A stretch of DNA of 64,000 nt, from the IMG/VR virus record IMGVR_UViG_3300034110_001129; one strand, given 5' to 3'. The notes beneath the pieces are model-generated. The model had not been told where the DNA came from, ran no database searches, and saw only the letters and a list, made by a program, of their open reading frames with translations. Positions 21,578 through 30,293 of the stretch are shown piece after piece (position 1 is the first letter of the stretch; every line of letters starts with the position of its first letter). Position numbers and translations under genes: made by a program. This DNA is from an uncultured virus (IMG/VR IMGVR_UViG_3300034110_001129). Taxonomy: Duplodnaviria > Heunggongvirae > Uroviricota > Caudoviricetes.

Positions 21578-22501
21578 ATGTTTATAAACCATAAAAATTA
21601 TGAAGAAGCGAATAGTGTTTTAAAAATATTTAAACCAATCGTTAATTATCATCAATACACAGACGATCATTACAGTGCATTCAGTTCTTATTTTTCAACT
21701 AAATACATTGCAAATTTAGATAATGAATGGCAATTGATTACACATTTTTATGGAAAAAAAGCAGGTAAGTCTGTTAGAAAACAATATGCACCAATAATTG
21801 AATTTCAGAAAGATACAAAAGCAAAAATGACTCAATACACTCCTACATCTAATCAGGAAAGATTAACACTCAGTCAAACAATTGCAGAGTTTCTACAAAA
21901 TACCTATAATCCAGATTTCGATAAAGTGCTTAAAGTTATTGAATACTTTATTGAAGAAGGTGTAAGCTCTGGACTATTTAATAATGTAGATATAAGAGAG
22001 TATAAAAAACACATGAGTGCTCACATGCACATCAATCATTATCATGGAGTCATTTCATTATGGAATCAAAATCATTCAAATATTACTTTTAACAATGTCC
22101 TTCAGAAAGGTTCTGGACGTAATGGCAAACATTTTAAAAAATCATTTTTAAGTGTGGATATCGTGTTTTTAGCTAATTCTAAAAGTGAAGTGGAGCCTTA
22201 TTTTAAAATAAAGTTACCCAAATCATCCACCAGTAAAATTATTCTACTGACACCATTGTCAGATGGAAATAAAATATATCAAGTCAGTAACGATGATGCT
22301 TTAATCTACAACCCGATTGATAAAATCGTTGGCATGCCTATAAACCAAAAAACATTATCAAACTTGTTTAAAGATACTCTTCAAGATGAAATTAAAAAGA
22401 GTATTTCGAAAACATTAAAAATAAAAAAAACTGAATTGGATAAGTTATCTGCCGATGAATTAAAAGACTATTTTGTTCTGGTTGAAATGGTTAAAATTTA
22501 A
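21578..22501 (+). CDS. Family A paralog 5
   Basis: FNNVLQKGSG...FKKSFLSVDIV...PYFKIKLP core. Confidence 0.8.
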   Translation: MFINHKNYEEANSVLKIFKPIVNYHQYTDDHYSAFSSYFSTKYIANLDNEWQLITHFYGKKAGKSVRKQYAPIIEFQKDTKAKMTQYTPTSNQERLTLSQTIAEFLQNTYNPDFDKVLKVIEYFIEEGVSSGLFNNVDIREYKKHMSAHMHINHYHGVISLWNQNHSNITFNNVLQKGSGRNGKHFKKSFLSVDIVFLANSKSEVEPYFKIKLPKSSTSKIILLTPLSDGNKIYQVSNDDALIYNPIDKIVGMPINQKTLSNLFKDTLQDEIKKSISKTLKIKKTELDKLSADELKDYFVLVEMVKI

Positions 22502-22561
22502 TTCTCTGGTACTTTTTGTCTCCATCTGGTATAATATTCGATAACTTTTGGAGACTAATTC

Positions 22562-23473
22562 ATGTTTAAACAATTCCTGAACGCTAATGAGGCTAATCAT
22601 TTCGCCAAATCATTATCGCCATTTTTTAAGTGGAAAGAATACCATGAAGAAAAACAAAACAACTATCCTAGCTTTACAGGTCAAACGATCTATACCGCTA
22701 AAAATGAAGATCGTACTTGGGAACTAAACGTAGCTTTCAGTAACAGAGACAGAACCAACAACGGTCTGGACATGAAACACTATTATCCAGAAATTACATT
22801 TAAGCCCAGCACCGTCTCAATGACCAGTCTTATTAAAGAAAAATTAGTCAAACTAAGTGATTTCTTAGAAACAAAGTATGCACCAGATTATGATCAAATC
22901 ATCAAAATAGTAGATATCTTTGTTGTAAAAGGTATTGAGTCGGGTCTTATTCATGGGGTTGTTCATAAAAAATATGATAAAAAAATGACCAGTCATTTAG
23001 GCATGAACCGATATTCAAGTCAACTCGAATTCAAAGACAAAAACATTGGAACGGTTAGTTTTAACAATATCCTGCAGAAAGGCAGTGGTAAACATTCAAA
23101 CTATTTCAAAAAGTCATACATCAATGTTGAAATTATTCATTTGGTACAACCAGATGATACTATTCAGCCTTTTTTCATGCTCAAGCTACCTTATTCAGCA
23201 AACAATAAAATAACCTGTGTAATACCACTAAATAATGCAGACCAATTCTATTTGTCAGCCACCGAAGAACCGTTGAAGACGGGCTATATCAGAAAGTTGA
23301 ATACTGTTAATATGAATACCATCGATTTGACTGACTACTTTGGTAGTCTATTCAAAACAGAAGTCAAAAATGTCATTGCTGAAACCTTGAAAATTAGATT
23401 GAATGACCTTCATCCATTAACAACAGAAGAATTGAAAGAACATTTCATTCTTGTCGAAATGATGAAAATATAA
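22562..23473 (+). CDS. Family A paralog 6
   Basis: FNNILQKGSG...YFKKSYINVEI..LV..DDT..PFF.LKLPYS core. Confidence 0.8.
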   Translation: MFKQFLNANEANHFAKSLSPFFKWKEYHEEKQNNYPSFTGQTIYTAKNEDRTWELNVAFSNRDRTNNGLDMKHYYPEITFKPSTVSMTSLIKEKLVKLSDFLETKYAPDYDQIIKIVDIFVVKGIESGLIHGVVHKKYDKKMTSHLGMNRYSSQLEFKDKNIGTVSFNNILQKGSGKHSNYFKKSYINVEIIHLVQPDDTIQPFFMLKLPYSANNKITCVIPLNNADQFYLSATEEPLKTGYIRKLNTVNMNTIDLTDYFGSLFKTEVKNVIAETLKIRLNDLHPLTTEELKEHFILVEMMKI

Positions 23474-23536
23474 AATTCAGTAGGCGTTTTGATCGAAATA
23501 TGCTATAATACGGTAACTAAATATGAGGAACACCTG

Positions 23537-24223
23537 ATGAAAAATTGTGCAATTACTGGTAAACACTTCTATGACGATGATAGTGCTATCTTGATTCCTA
23601 TCTTGATTCATAAACATCAAGTCGAATCTTTTACCACCAATGATAACGTCATGCCATTTCCCATTGCAGTGCCTATTGAATATGGCTACGAAGATTATTA
23701 CTTCAAAGAGGAAGAAAGACGCAATATCATGTTAAGCATGGTATCAGCTATTATGGGTCGTGACATTGATGTTGATGAATTCCCATCGTTGCGTGGAAAA
23801 GAAAAAGAAGTTATTTACCGTGATAAAGAATGCTATATTGATACATTCATCTGTCATGAATCGGCATTTAACTCGATTTTGAATGTTTTTGAAATGCCCA
23901 CCCGCTACAATGAAGACAAAACAACCAACAGTTTTGAAGATTTCAAAGCTGGTTTTACAAAATACATCAACACCAATTCAATTTCTACCTTAATGAGAAA
24001 GAATAATCCAAGTAGACCATTGAGTGAAATTCTTCCAGTCGATGTAGCTTCTGGTTATGTTATCCCTTCAAACTTTGATGAGTCGCATATTAATTACCTA
24101 GCGGAAATCAGGTTTATCAATTATTTCTTGAGCATGGTTGGTAAAGAATGGAAGAAATCAATGACGGTGCCTTATCTTGAAGACTGCGAAGACGCCTTCC
24201 AGTTGTTAAAAGACATGTCATAA
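23537..24223 (+). CDS. Hypothetical protein
   Basis: Start MKNCAITG after GAGG RBS; upstream TGCTATAAT extended -10. Confidence 0.7.
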   Translation: MKNCAITGKHFYDDDSAILIPILIHKHQVESFTTNDNVMPFPIAVPIEYGYEDYYFKEEERRNIMLSMVSAIMGRDIDVDEFPSLRGKEKEVIYRDKECYIDTFICHESAFNSILNVFEMPTRYNEDKTTNSFEDFKAGFTKYINTNSISTLMRKNNPSRPLSEILPVDVASGYVIPSNFDESHINYLAEIRFINYFLSMVGKEWKKSMTVPYLEDCEDAFQLLKDMS

Positions 24224-24353
24224 TCAAGAAGTGTTCTAATACAGAAGTCCTCTTATGAGGGCTTTTTTTTACAAATTAATTAATATTTTTTATAATATTT
24301 CTTGATATTTGTAATTGCTTAATGTTATAATAAATAGCTTTTTATAGCATATT

Positions 24354-24788
24354 ATGGAGAATGAAAATATGAGTGGATATAGTTCTTTTTTAAAAATAAA
24401 CCAAGCTATTCTAGAAATAGAAAAGACAATAAAGCATAGCCATTTTTGCGATTTTCAAGATATCGAATCAGTGTCAGTTTCATTAAACAAGAGACTAAAA
24501 AATGAAGATCTATCAGAAGCTGAAAATTTATTAACAAAAATGGCAATTGATTCGTATATTGATACATTAGATAAAAACAACTATCACTTATTGATTAGTG
24601 GAAACGTATTCAGTGCTTTAACATTAGTCGAGACTATTTTTCTAAAAGATAGTTTTAAAAAAATGAATCCTGAAATTGATGTGGATTTTCCTGCATTCTC
24701 GTTGGATGAAACTTTTTACAAGAACGTAGCAATTATTGCCATACCAGAAAAAATAATTGAAAATACCCGATTAAGAAGAATAGCTTAA
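24354..24788 (+). CDS. Hypothetical protein
   Basis: 144-aa ORF after a TTGATA / TGTTATAAT promoter-like region. Confidence 0.6.
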   Translation: MENENMSGYSSFLKINQAILEIEKTIKHSHFCDFQDIESVSVSLNKRLKNEDLSEAENLLTKMAIDSYIDTLDKNNYHLLISGNVFSALTLVETIFLKDSFKKMNPEIDVDFPAFSLDETFYKNVAIIAIPEKIIENTRLRRIA

Positions 24789-24861
24789 CTAATAGCTTTT
24801 AATATTAATTGTCAAATAATGCTAAATATGTTATAATTAACTTTCAATTAGAGGGTTATTT

Positions 24862-25521
24862 ATGTCAACTGAATTTGATGTTGTCGATGAAAAAGAAAAT
24901 GATGAGATGACCATCGGTGAGATGGTTTCCGCCATTGATAATATGACTCAAATGGTTTTACAAAGTGATTTTGTGGACAATTTCAAAAAATGTGCCTTTG
25001 GTCATTACTTTAATGAATCATTTTATACCCAATCAAATTGGCAGTCAAAATTTGAAAAATCAACCCATGTGTGTGGATTTACCTTACTGATTTCTTTTGA
25101 TTTCAATGATATTAATTTTGACATCGAAAATAATGAATTGGCTGACTATGCTCGACAATACAAAGATATCGAAGATATTGAAGAACTGACCTTTATTTTC
25201 GAATGTGCCTTTCATGACGTTAAATTAACACAAGTTGAAAGAAAGGAAGATTTTTACATTGAAGTGGTTAGCTCAGTAAACAGTAGTACCAGACGATACA
25301 ATGTGGCTGACGTAGAAAGTATTGAAAAATTAAACAGTAAACTGTGGAATTCACCAGACTACTGCACCAACGTAAGAGAACGAGTGCTCTATTTCATTTT
25401 CGAAGATGATTACATCATTAAAAAATATGAAGTATCACTTGAAGCTGTTGTAAAAGATTACAAAGGCACTCAAAAAATCATTCAAGACTACTTGTTGGTC
25501 GAAGCAATGAACAAGATTTAA
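24862..25521 (+). CDS. Hypothetical acidic protein with the shared C-terminal motif
   Basis: 219 aa, GAGG RBS, ends QDYLLVEAMNKI. Confidence 0.7.
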   Translation: MSTEFDVVDEKENDEMTIGEMVSAIDNMTQMVLQSDFVDNFKKCAFGHYFNESFYTQSNWQSKFEKSTHVCGFTLLISFDFNDINFDIENNELADYARQYKDIEDIEELTFIFECAFHDVKLTQVERKEDFYIEVVSSVNSSTRRYNVADVESIEKLNSKLWNSPDYCTNVRERVLYFIFEDDYIIKKYEVSLEAVVKDYKGTQKIIQDYLLVEAMNKI

Positions 25522-25583
25522 GAAACAAAAAATTAAATTCACTATGTTCACCATTAATGTTTCATTATACAGGATTAAATCAC

Positions 25584-26738
25584 ATGACCATATCAAGACC
25601 CGTAAACTCACAAGATCTTATGTTTAAACTCTCAGAAGTGTTGTTTAGCACTGAGGTTGAACCTTTCATTCAAGTGTTGAATAAAAACGAAGCTGAAGCT
25701 AATTTTGAAATCGGTGTGTCCCTTGAAGATTTTCGTAAGATGACTGATGCGGAACAAAATGCTGTTCTGGATAAGGTCACTGAACGAACCAAGAATAAAG
25801 TAAAAGAAGGGAAGGTTGAATTCATGTTGGATGGTCAACATTATGAATTGCGTCACAACACCCAAGAAAACAGTATTTTTCTTGCTCATTATGCCAAAAA
25901 AGACCAAAGTAAAATTGAAGTTCAAGACATATTGAAAAAGGAAGTTGCAAAAGACCGGGATACCTTTCTAAAAGATTTGGTGCAAATCAGTCATGAATGT
26001 CCAGTTAATCAATTTATGGAAGAACGTTCAAGTTACCGTGAACCATTCTACAGTAATATTATTGCCAGTCGAACATTTCAATCCGTCAGTATCTATCTCA
26101 GTAACGAAGCATTGAAAGTTTTCGAAAAACTAAAACCATTGTTTACCCCAGAGGAACAAGTGGCTATTGAATCACGCATCACCACTAAATTTGCAATTCA
26201 CACTCAACGTTTTGCAGATGAAATGATTGAGTTTTTCATGAATTGGATTCCAAAGTTGCAAGAAGGTCAGTATACCGAAGCTAAACCAATGGTATTCAAC
26301 GACCTTGATAATCATGCTTATTGTGTGAACAACACTCAATTCGTAATGATTGTACAAGAATCACAAAATACTATTTTTGCTTATGTATTTAACAAAGAAA
26401 CATTGCAAATTAAAGTCTGGACGTGTGCCGATGTAACAAACAATGATTGTGAATATGAAATGAACCGTTACGCTACCTATCAAGATGTCATGAAAGAAAT
26501 GGGTAATCCTTACAGTTATTACAATTTTCCAACAGAAATGCTGGGGGTAAGTTATCCTAAATCGGCTCAGTATTTCTTGAACCATTTTGAAGATGAAAGC
26601 GAATTCTTGGTATTTGATTCTAATAAAGGTTTCCGAGTGAACACCTTTTACTCTGATTGCATGGCAACCGATGTTCCTTTGCTAAACAGAGTCGTAGATG
26701 AACTGCCAGAAGAAGACGAAGAAGAAGTTGAAGATTAA
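25584..26738 (+). CDS. Hypothetical protein
   Basis: Long ORF, AGGA RBS before ATG 25584, acidic tail, terminator follows. Confidence 0.7.
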   Translation: MTISRPVNSQDLMFKLSEVLFSTEVEPFIQVLNKNEAEANFEIGVSLEDFRKMTDAEQNAVLDKVTERTKNKVKEGKVEFMLDGQHYELRHNTQENSIFLAHYAKKDQSKIEVQDILKKEVAKDRDTFLKDLVQISHECPVNQFMEERSSYREPFYSNIIASRTFQSVSIYLSNEALKVFEKLKPLFTPEEQVAIESRITTKFAIHTQRFADEMIEFFMNWIPKLQEGQYTEAKPMVFNDLDNHAYCVNNTQFVMIVQESQNTIFAYVFNKETLQIKVWTCADVTNNDCEYEMNRYATYQDVMKEMGNPYSYYNFPTEMLGVSYPKSAQYFLNHFEDESEFLVFDSNKGFRVNTFYSDCMATDVPLLNRVVDELPEEDEEEVED

Positions 26739-26795
26739 TCGGTTACAAAGAAAAAGCTCCTAGGAAGGAGCTTTTTTTACAACTTAATTTTTTGA

Positions 26796-27197
26796 TTAGA
26801 ACCAACTGATTACGTTATAAATTTTCGGTTCGCTGATTTCAATCCCTTCCACTGAGTTTTTCAGAACAGTGCTGAGGTCATGAACAAGCGTCAAGAAGTC
26901 AGTAACAGGCTTACCTTGAACATAAGGGATACCAAAACCAAAATACCAAGAACCACTTTCGTCACCATCAGCCCCAGCCACGATTTCAATTTCACGTTCT
27001 TTGCAAAACGCTTTCAGTTCTTTGGACATGGATTTGGTAAACAAGTGATCGTAGTCTTCACTGAGAATATTAGGTAGGTCATCTGTATCATGCTCGATAT
27101 CATGATGAGCCGCAATCACACTCAATGTATTTGTCAAACTTTCTGCATCATTTTTCTGCCAACCAATAACCAATACTGCACTGCGTTCTGTAGACAT
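26796..27197 (-). CDS. Hypothetical protein
   Basis: 133-aa ORF with AGGAG RBS and TGGTATAAT -10. Confidence 0.7.
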   Translation of the reverse strand: MSTERSAVLVIGWQKNDAESLTNTLSVIAAHHDIEHDTDDLPNILSEDYDHLFTKSMSKELKAFCKEREIEIVAGADGDESGSWYFGFGIPYVQGKPVTDFLTLVHDLSTVLKNSVEGIEISEPKIYNVISWF

Positions 27198-27256
27198 GGG
27201 ATTTAATCTCCTGAGATAAGGTAGATATTATACCATAAAAAGTGATTAAATGCAAT

Positions 27257-27613
27257 TTAAGGAAATAATGGATAAGGGATTGGTTGAAAAATAACGATAC
27301 CTAACATACATAAGCAAATCATCACAAATAACAAAAGAGACTCACCAGAATCAAATGACCCAATATGCACATATCGTTCTTTCGAAGTTACCATTGAAAA
27401 CAAAACGCCAATAAAAAATAACAAGAAAACAGTACACTTAAGTTTTAAATACAATAATGAAAAGAGCGGTTCCCCCATACTAACACTGTCAGGTGTTAAA
27501 ATATCAAAGAAGACTAAACCCGTAAGCGATAACGACAACAATAAAAGAATAGAGTAAATAACCATCATTATTTTACAGGTAGTCTTTAACATTGGCTTAA
27601 TATTTTTAATCAT
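27257..27613 (-). CDS. Small membrane protein (3 TM)
   Basis: Three hydrophobic segments. Confidence 0.55.
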   Translation of the reverse strand: MIKNIKPMLKTTCKIMMVIYSILLLLSLSLTGLVFFDILTPDSVSMGEPLFSLLYLKLKCTVFLLFFIGVLFSMVTSKERYVHIGSFDSGESLLLFVMICLCMLGIVIFQPIPYPLFP

Positions 27614-27852
27614 AATAGTAAATTATTATTGTTTATTATCTAATAGTAGTAGATATTTTCAAATGTTCAAGCGAGTGATTAAAAGACAAATTATTATAAT
27701 AATATTAATTTCACGTCATCAATGAGGTATAATTGTCATTCAAAAAGGTATATTAACTGAATATTCAAAAATTTAAAGAGGTGAATGATCTTATTGCTGC
27801 AATTAAGCCTATCCACGATCTTGATAAATCACCTATCCACCACAATAATTAA

Positions 27853-28755
27853 TTATTGGTCAATGAGTAAGGTGTGAACTTTTAAATCATCACAAATTTC
27901 AATCATAGTTAAAGACCCTTGTTTGTTTTTCTTCATTCCATACACAGCTCCCGTATCTATAAAGAACTGATTACCTAATAGTAATGGTTTCTTAACAGGT
28001 GTGTGTCCATGAAAGGTATAGGCGATATTGTCGATATAACTTTTATGATGCAATTTTCGCTTAAATTTTTCGATAATATATCTGAATGAGAATGATATCC
28101 CATGCTTGATGTAAGGCAATGTTTTTCTAGTTGTAATGATTCTGTATAAGGTCGTTCTATTCCATAAGCCGTCTTTAATAAATTTGATGTAAGCTTTTCT
28201 GGCAAAGGCGGTGCCATTCTTTTTCAATTCTCTGTAAATACGTTTCCTACCCCATAACGCATCCCTAATCACGCTACCAGAATCATTAATAGAACTCATT
28301 TCATATGATAGGTTAGCTGCAGTGAGATAGTGTTTGAACTCATTCCAGTCATTGAACTGGGTAGGGACTTGGGCATGAACCAATCCAATAGGGCCAAGAC
28401 TGGTTTCTATTTCAATAGCAATCGGTAACGTCTTGATAATGTCCAGACATTTTTCTTTTTCTTTCTTGCTTAAGTGAGTAACCCAATCCTTTGAATACGA
28501 TAAATGACCAGTGAGCAGCATGGTTTCATGATTACCTAATACAGCAAAAAACCAACTCTGGTTATTGAGATATAGAACTTCCAGTGATTTTGGGCCACGA
28601 TCTATTAAATCACCCACAGAAAATAATCTATCAATGTTTTTATCGAAGTTGACGGATTCGAGAAGTTTCATTAATGAGTCATACATACCATGTATATCCC
28701 CCACAATGAAGTCTCTGCCTTTTTCATTTTTTGCAAATGATTGTAATTGATACAT
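27853..28755 (-). CDS. PphA/lambda-NinI-like Ser/Thr protein phosphatase (metallophosphoesterase)
   Basis: GDIHG, GDLIDRGP.S, GNHE, HGHTP and IDTGA motifs; basic insertion of about 70 aa before the HGHTP motif. Confidence 0.9.
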   Translation of the reverse strand: MYQLQSFAKNEKGRDFIVGDIHGMYDSLMKLLESVNFDKNIDRLFSVGDLIDRGPKSLEVLYLNNQSWFFAVLGNHETMLLTGHLSYSKDWVTHLSKKEKEKCLDIIKTLPIAIEIETSLGPIGLVHAQVPTQFNDWNEFKHYLTAANLSYEMSSINDSGSVIRDALWGRKRIYRELKKNGTAFARKAYIKFIKDGLWNRTTLYRIITTRKTLPYIKHGISFSFRYIIEKFKRKLHHKSYIDNIAYTFHGHTPVKKPLLLGNQFFIDTGAVYGMKKNKQGSLTMIEICDDLKVHTLLIDQ

Positions 28756-28892
28756 TAAACAGACCTTTTCTAGTTTATTTTAATATCTTATGATATTTTT
28801 AAGGATTGGTCTACAAGAATGTTTTGAATTAATAAGATTTGAGTGGTTTTAAATAAATTGAAAACAAAAAAAGAACAACATTGCGTTGTTCT

Positions 28893-29291
28893 TTAAACTT
28901 TTGAAGTGAGCTTTTGCTGATTCCCCATGAAACTTTTCAAAGTGTTATTGACGTTTACGGTTCTTCGCCCGTCAAGATCTTTAGAGTTATAAACATAATA
29001 ATTACCATCACCATCTAAAATAAAAATTTCATCAACTTTTTTAGCATCAATTTTTTTCACAACTTTATTCCAAGATTGATTGCCACCAGTAGTCCCTAGT
29101 GCAACTTGGTAAGATTTTTCATTATCTTTATATCGAGAACTTTTACACTCAACCTTCTTTAATACACCATCGGTATCAACAATCAAGTCGTAATAAGGGG
29201 AATGAGTTAATGGCTTACTGACAATACATCCTAGTGATGTATAATAAAAGGTTGCAAACGATTCACATGTGTCACCTTGCTCTTTATTCAT
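28893..29291 (-). CDS. PD-(D/E)XK endonuclease, homing-endonuclease-like
   Basis: QGD..E, VS.P......YDLIVD.....KVECKS pattern of intron-associated PD-(D/E)XK nucleases; start at MNKEQG after GAGG. Confidence 0.75.
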   Translation of the reverse strand: MNKEQGDTCESFATFYYTSLGCIVSKPLTHSPYYDLIVDTDGVLKKVECKSSRYKDNEKSYQVALGTTGGNQSWNKVVKKIDAKKVDEIFILDGDGNYYVYNSKDLDGRRTVNVNNTLKSFMGNQQKLTSKV

Positions 29292-29307
29292 AGGAACCTC
29301 TCGAAGA

Positions 29308-29358
29308 TGGTGGGTAGTGGACATCTGCTTCTATAAATAAAAACAAACCCTTCTCCCC
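29308..29358 (-). ncRNA. Putative CCA-ended tRNA minihelix or degenerate tRNA
   Basis: GGGGAGAAGGGUUUGUUUUUAUUUAUAGAAGCAGAUGUCCACUACCC-A-CCA folds as one long hairpin; begins 6 nt after the last tRNA. Confidence 0.4.
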
Positions 29359-29364
29359 ATAATT

Positions 29365-29452
29365 TGGCGGAAGCTGTGGGATTCGAACTCACGGGGCTTT
29401 TACACCCGACAGTTTTCAAGACTGTTGCCTTAAACCACTCGGCCAAGCTTCC
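29365..29452 (-). tRNA. tRNA-Ser(UGA)
   Basis: GGAAGCT acceptor stem, ACAGT-CTTGAAA-ACTGT anticodon arm, long variable arm, TTCGAAT T-loop, G73 and encoded CCA. Confidence 0.95.
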
Positions 29453-29473
29453 ATATACGGTTTACAACTAATT

Positions 29474-29562
29474 TGGTGGACTACCAAGGATTCGAACCTC
29501 ACGCCGACCGACCCATCTTATTAAGGCGTCGCTTTTACAGAGCGATGACAGGAAAGTAGTCC
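29474..29562 (-). tRNA. Atypical tRNA-Tyr(GUA) lacking a D-arm, with a 27-nt variable region
   Basis: GGACTAC/GTAGTCC acceptor, only 10 nt before TCGCT-CTGTAAA-AGCGA, TGAGG-TTCGAAT-CCTTG T-arm, A73 and CCA. Confidence 0.8.
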
Positions 29563-29590
29563 ATATTATTCTTACTATTACATCTAAATT

Positions 29591-29674
29591 TGGTGAGGGG
29601 TGATGGATTCGAACCACCGTGTCTTTCGATCAGAGTTTACAGCCCCGTGCAATCGGCCACTATGCGAACCCCCC
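29591..29674 (-). tRNA. tRNA-Tyr(GUA)
   Basis: Cloverleaf, CGGGG-CTGTAAA-CTCTG anticodon arm, A73 and CCA. Confidence 0.92.
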
Positions 29675-29700
29675 ATAATAAAACAGGTTACATCTAAATT

Positions 29701-29788
29701 TGGCGGAAGCTGTGGGATTCGAACTCACGGAGCTGTTACACTCGACAGTTTTCAAGACTGTTGCCTTAAACCACTCGGCCAAGCTTCC
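29701..29788 (-). tRNA. tRNA-Ser(UGA)
   Basis: Near-identical to 29365-29452 except in the variable arm; CCA encoded. Confidence 0.95.
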
Positions 29789-29809
29789 ATATACTATTTA
29801 CATCTAATT

Positions 29810-29893
29810 TGGTGGTTAGTGATGGATTCGAACCACCGTGCCTTTCGGATTGGATTTACAGTCCAACGCAATCAACCGCTCTGCCAACTAACC
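29810..29893 (-). tRNA. tRNA-Tyr(GUA)
   Basis: GGTTAGT/ACTAACC acceptor, TTGGA-CTGTAAA-TCCAA, A73 and CCA. Confidence 0.93.
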
Positions 29894-29925
29894 ATAAGGG
29901 TTTTACATATTTTTTTAGTAAAATC

Positions 29926-30009
29926 TGGTGGGTGCTGATGGATTCGAACCACCGCGTCTCTCGAAGTCGGTTTACAGCCGACCGCATTCGGCCACTCTGC
30001 CAAACACCC
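29926..30009 (-). tRNA. tRNA-Tyr(GUA)
   Basis: GGGTGTT/AGCACCC acceptor, GTCGG-CTGTAAA-CCGAC, A73 and CCA. Confidence 0.93.
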
Positions 30010-30031
30010 ATAATACAGTTACAACTAAATT

Positions 30032-30119
30032 TGGAGGAAGATGTGAGATTCGAACTCACGGAGCTATTACACCCTTCAGTTTTCAAGACTGACGCCATCG
30101 GCCACTCGACCAATCTTCC
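30032..30119 (-). tRNA. tRNA-Ser(UGA), U73 discriminator
   Basis: GGAAGAT/ATCTTCC acceptor, TCAGT-CTTGAAA-ACTGA, long variable arm, U-CCA end. Confidence 0.93.
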
Positions 30120-30174
30120 ATTTGTATTACTAAGAAGAGTTTTTCGTTTTGCTTCTCAACTCTTCATGTTTAAC

Positions 30175-30203
30175 ATTCTATCAACTTCTTTCGTCTTTGT
30201 CAA
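30175..30203 (-). promoter_or_regulatory. Proximal sigma70 promoter of the tRNA array
   Basis: TTGACA-17bp-TAGAAT with TG extension and an A-rich UP-like region. Confidence 0.8.
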
Positions 30204-30240
30204 CAACTATTTTAATTTATTTTCACTTATTTTGCTTTTA

Positions 30241-30253
30241 AATCAATAACTTA
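30241..30253 (+). promoter_or_regulatory. IHF-consensus site
   Basis: AATCAATAACTTA matches WATCAANNNNTTR; lies between the attenuator and the proximal promoter. Confidence 0.45.
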
Positions 30254-30293
30254 CATTATTTTAGGTTGAACTTAACCCTGCCACTATGGACAT

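Noticed and set aside
27781..27852. Short ORF with a repeated CCTATCCAC
   Set aside because: Only 23 codons and two 9-nt copies; insufficient support.
29461..30031. Regularly spaced short repeats as a CRISPR array
   Set aside because: Repeats are only about 13 nt, the spacers are tRNA genes, and there are no cas genes.
29365..30119. Stop-codon recoding or suppressor tRNAs
   Set aside because: The TGA triplet is the anticodon (reads UCA, Ser), not a suppressor; known genes are full length under code 11.
29600..30249. ORF-track ORFs 29600-29938, 29809-30249 and 29856-30113
   Set aside because: They overlap tRNA genes and are translations of tRNA sequence.
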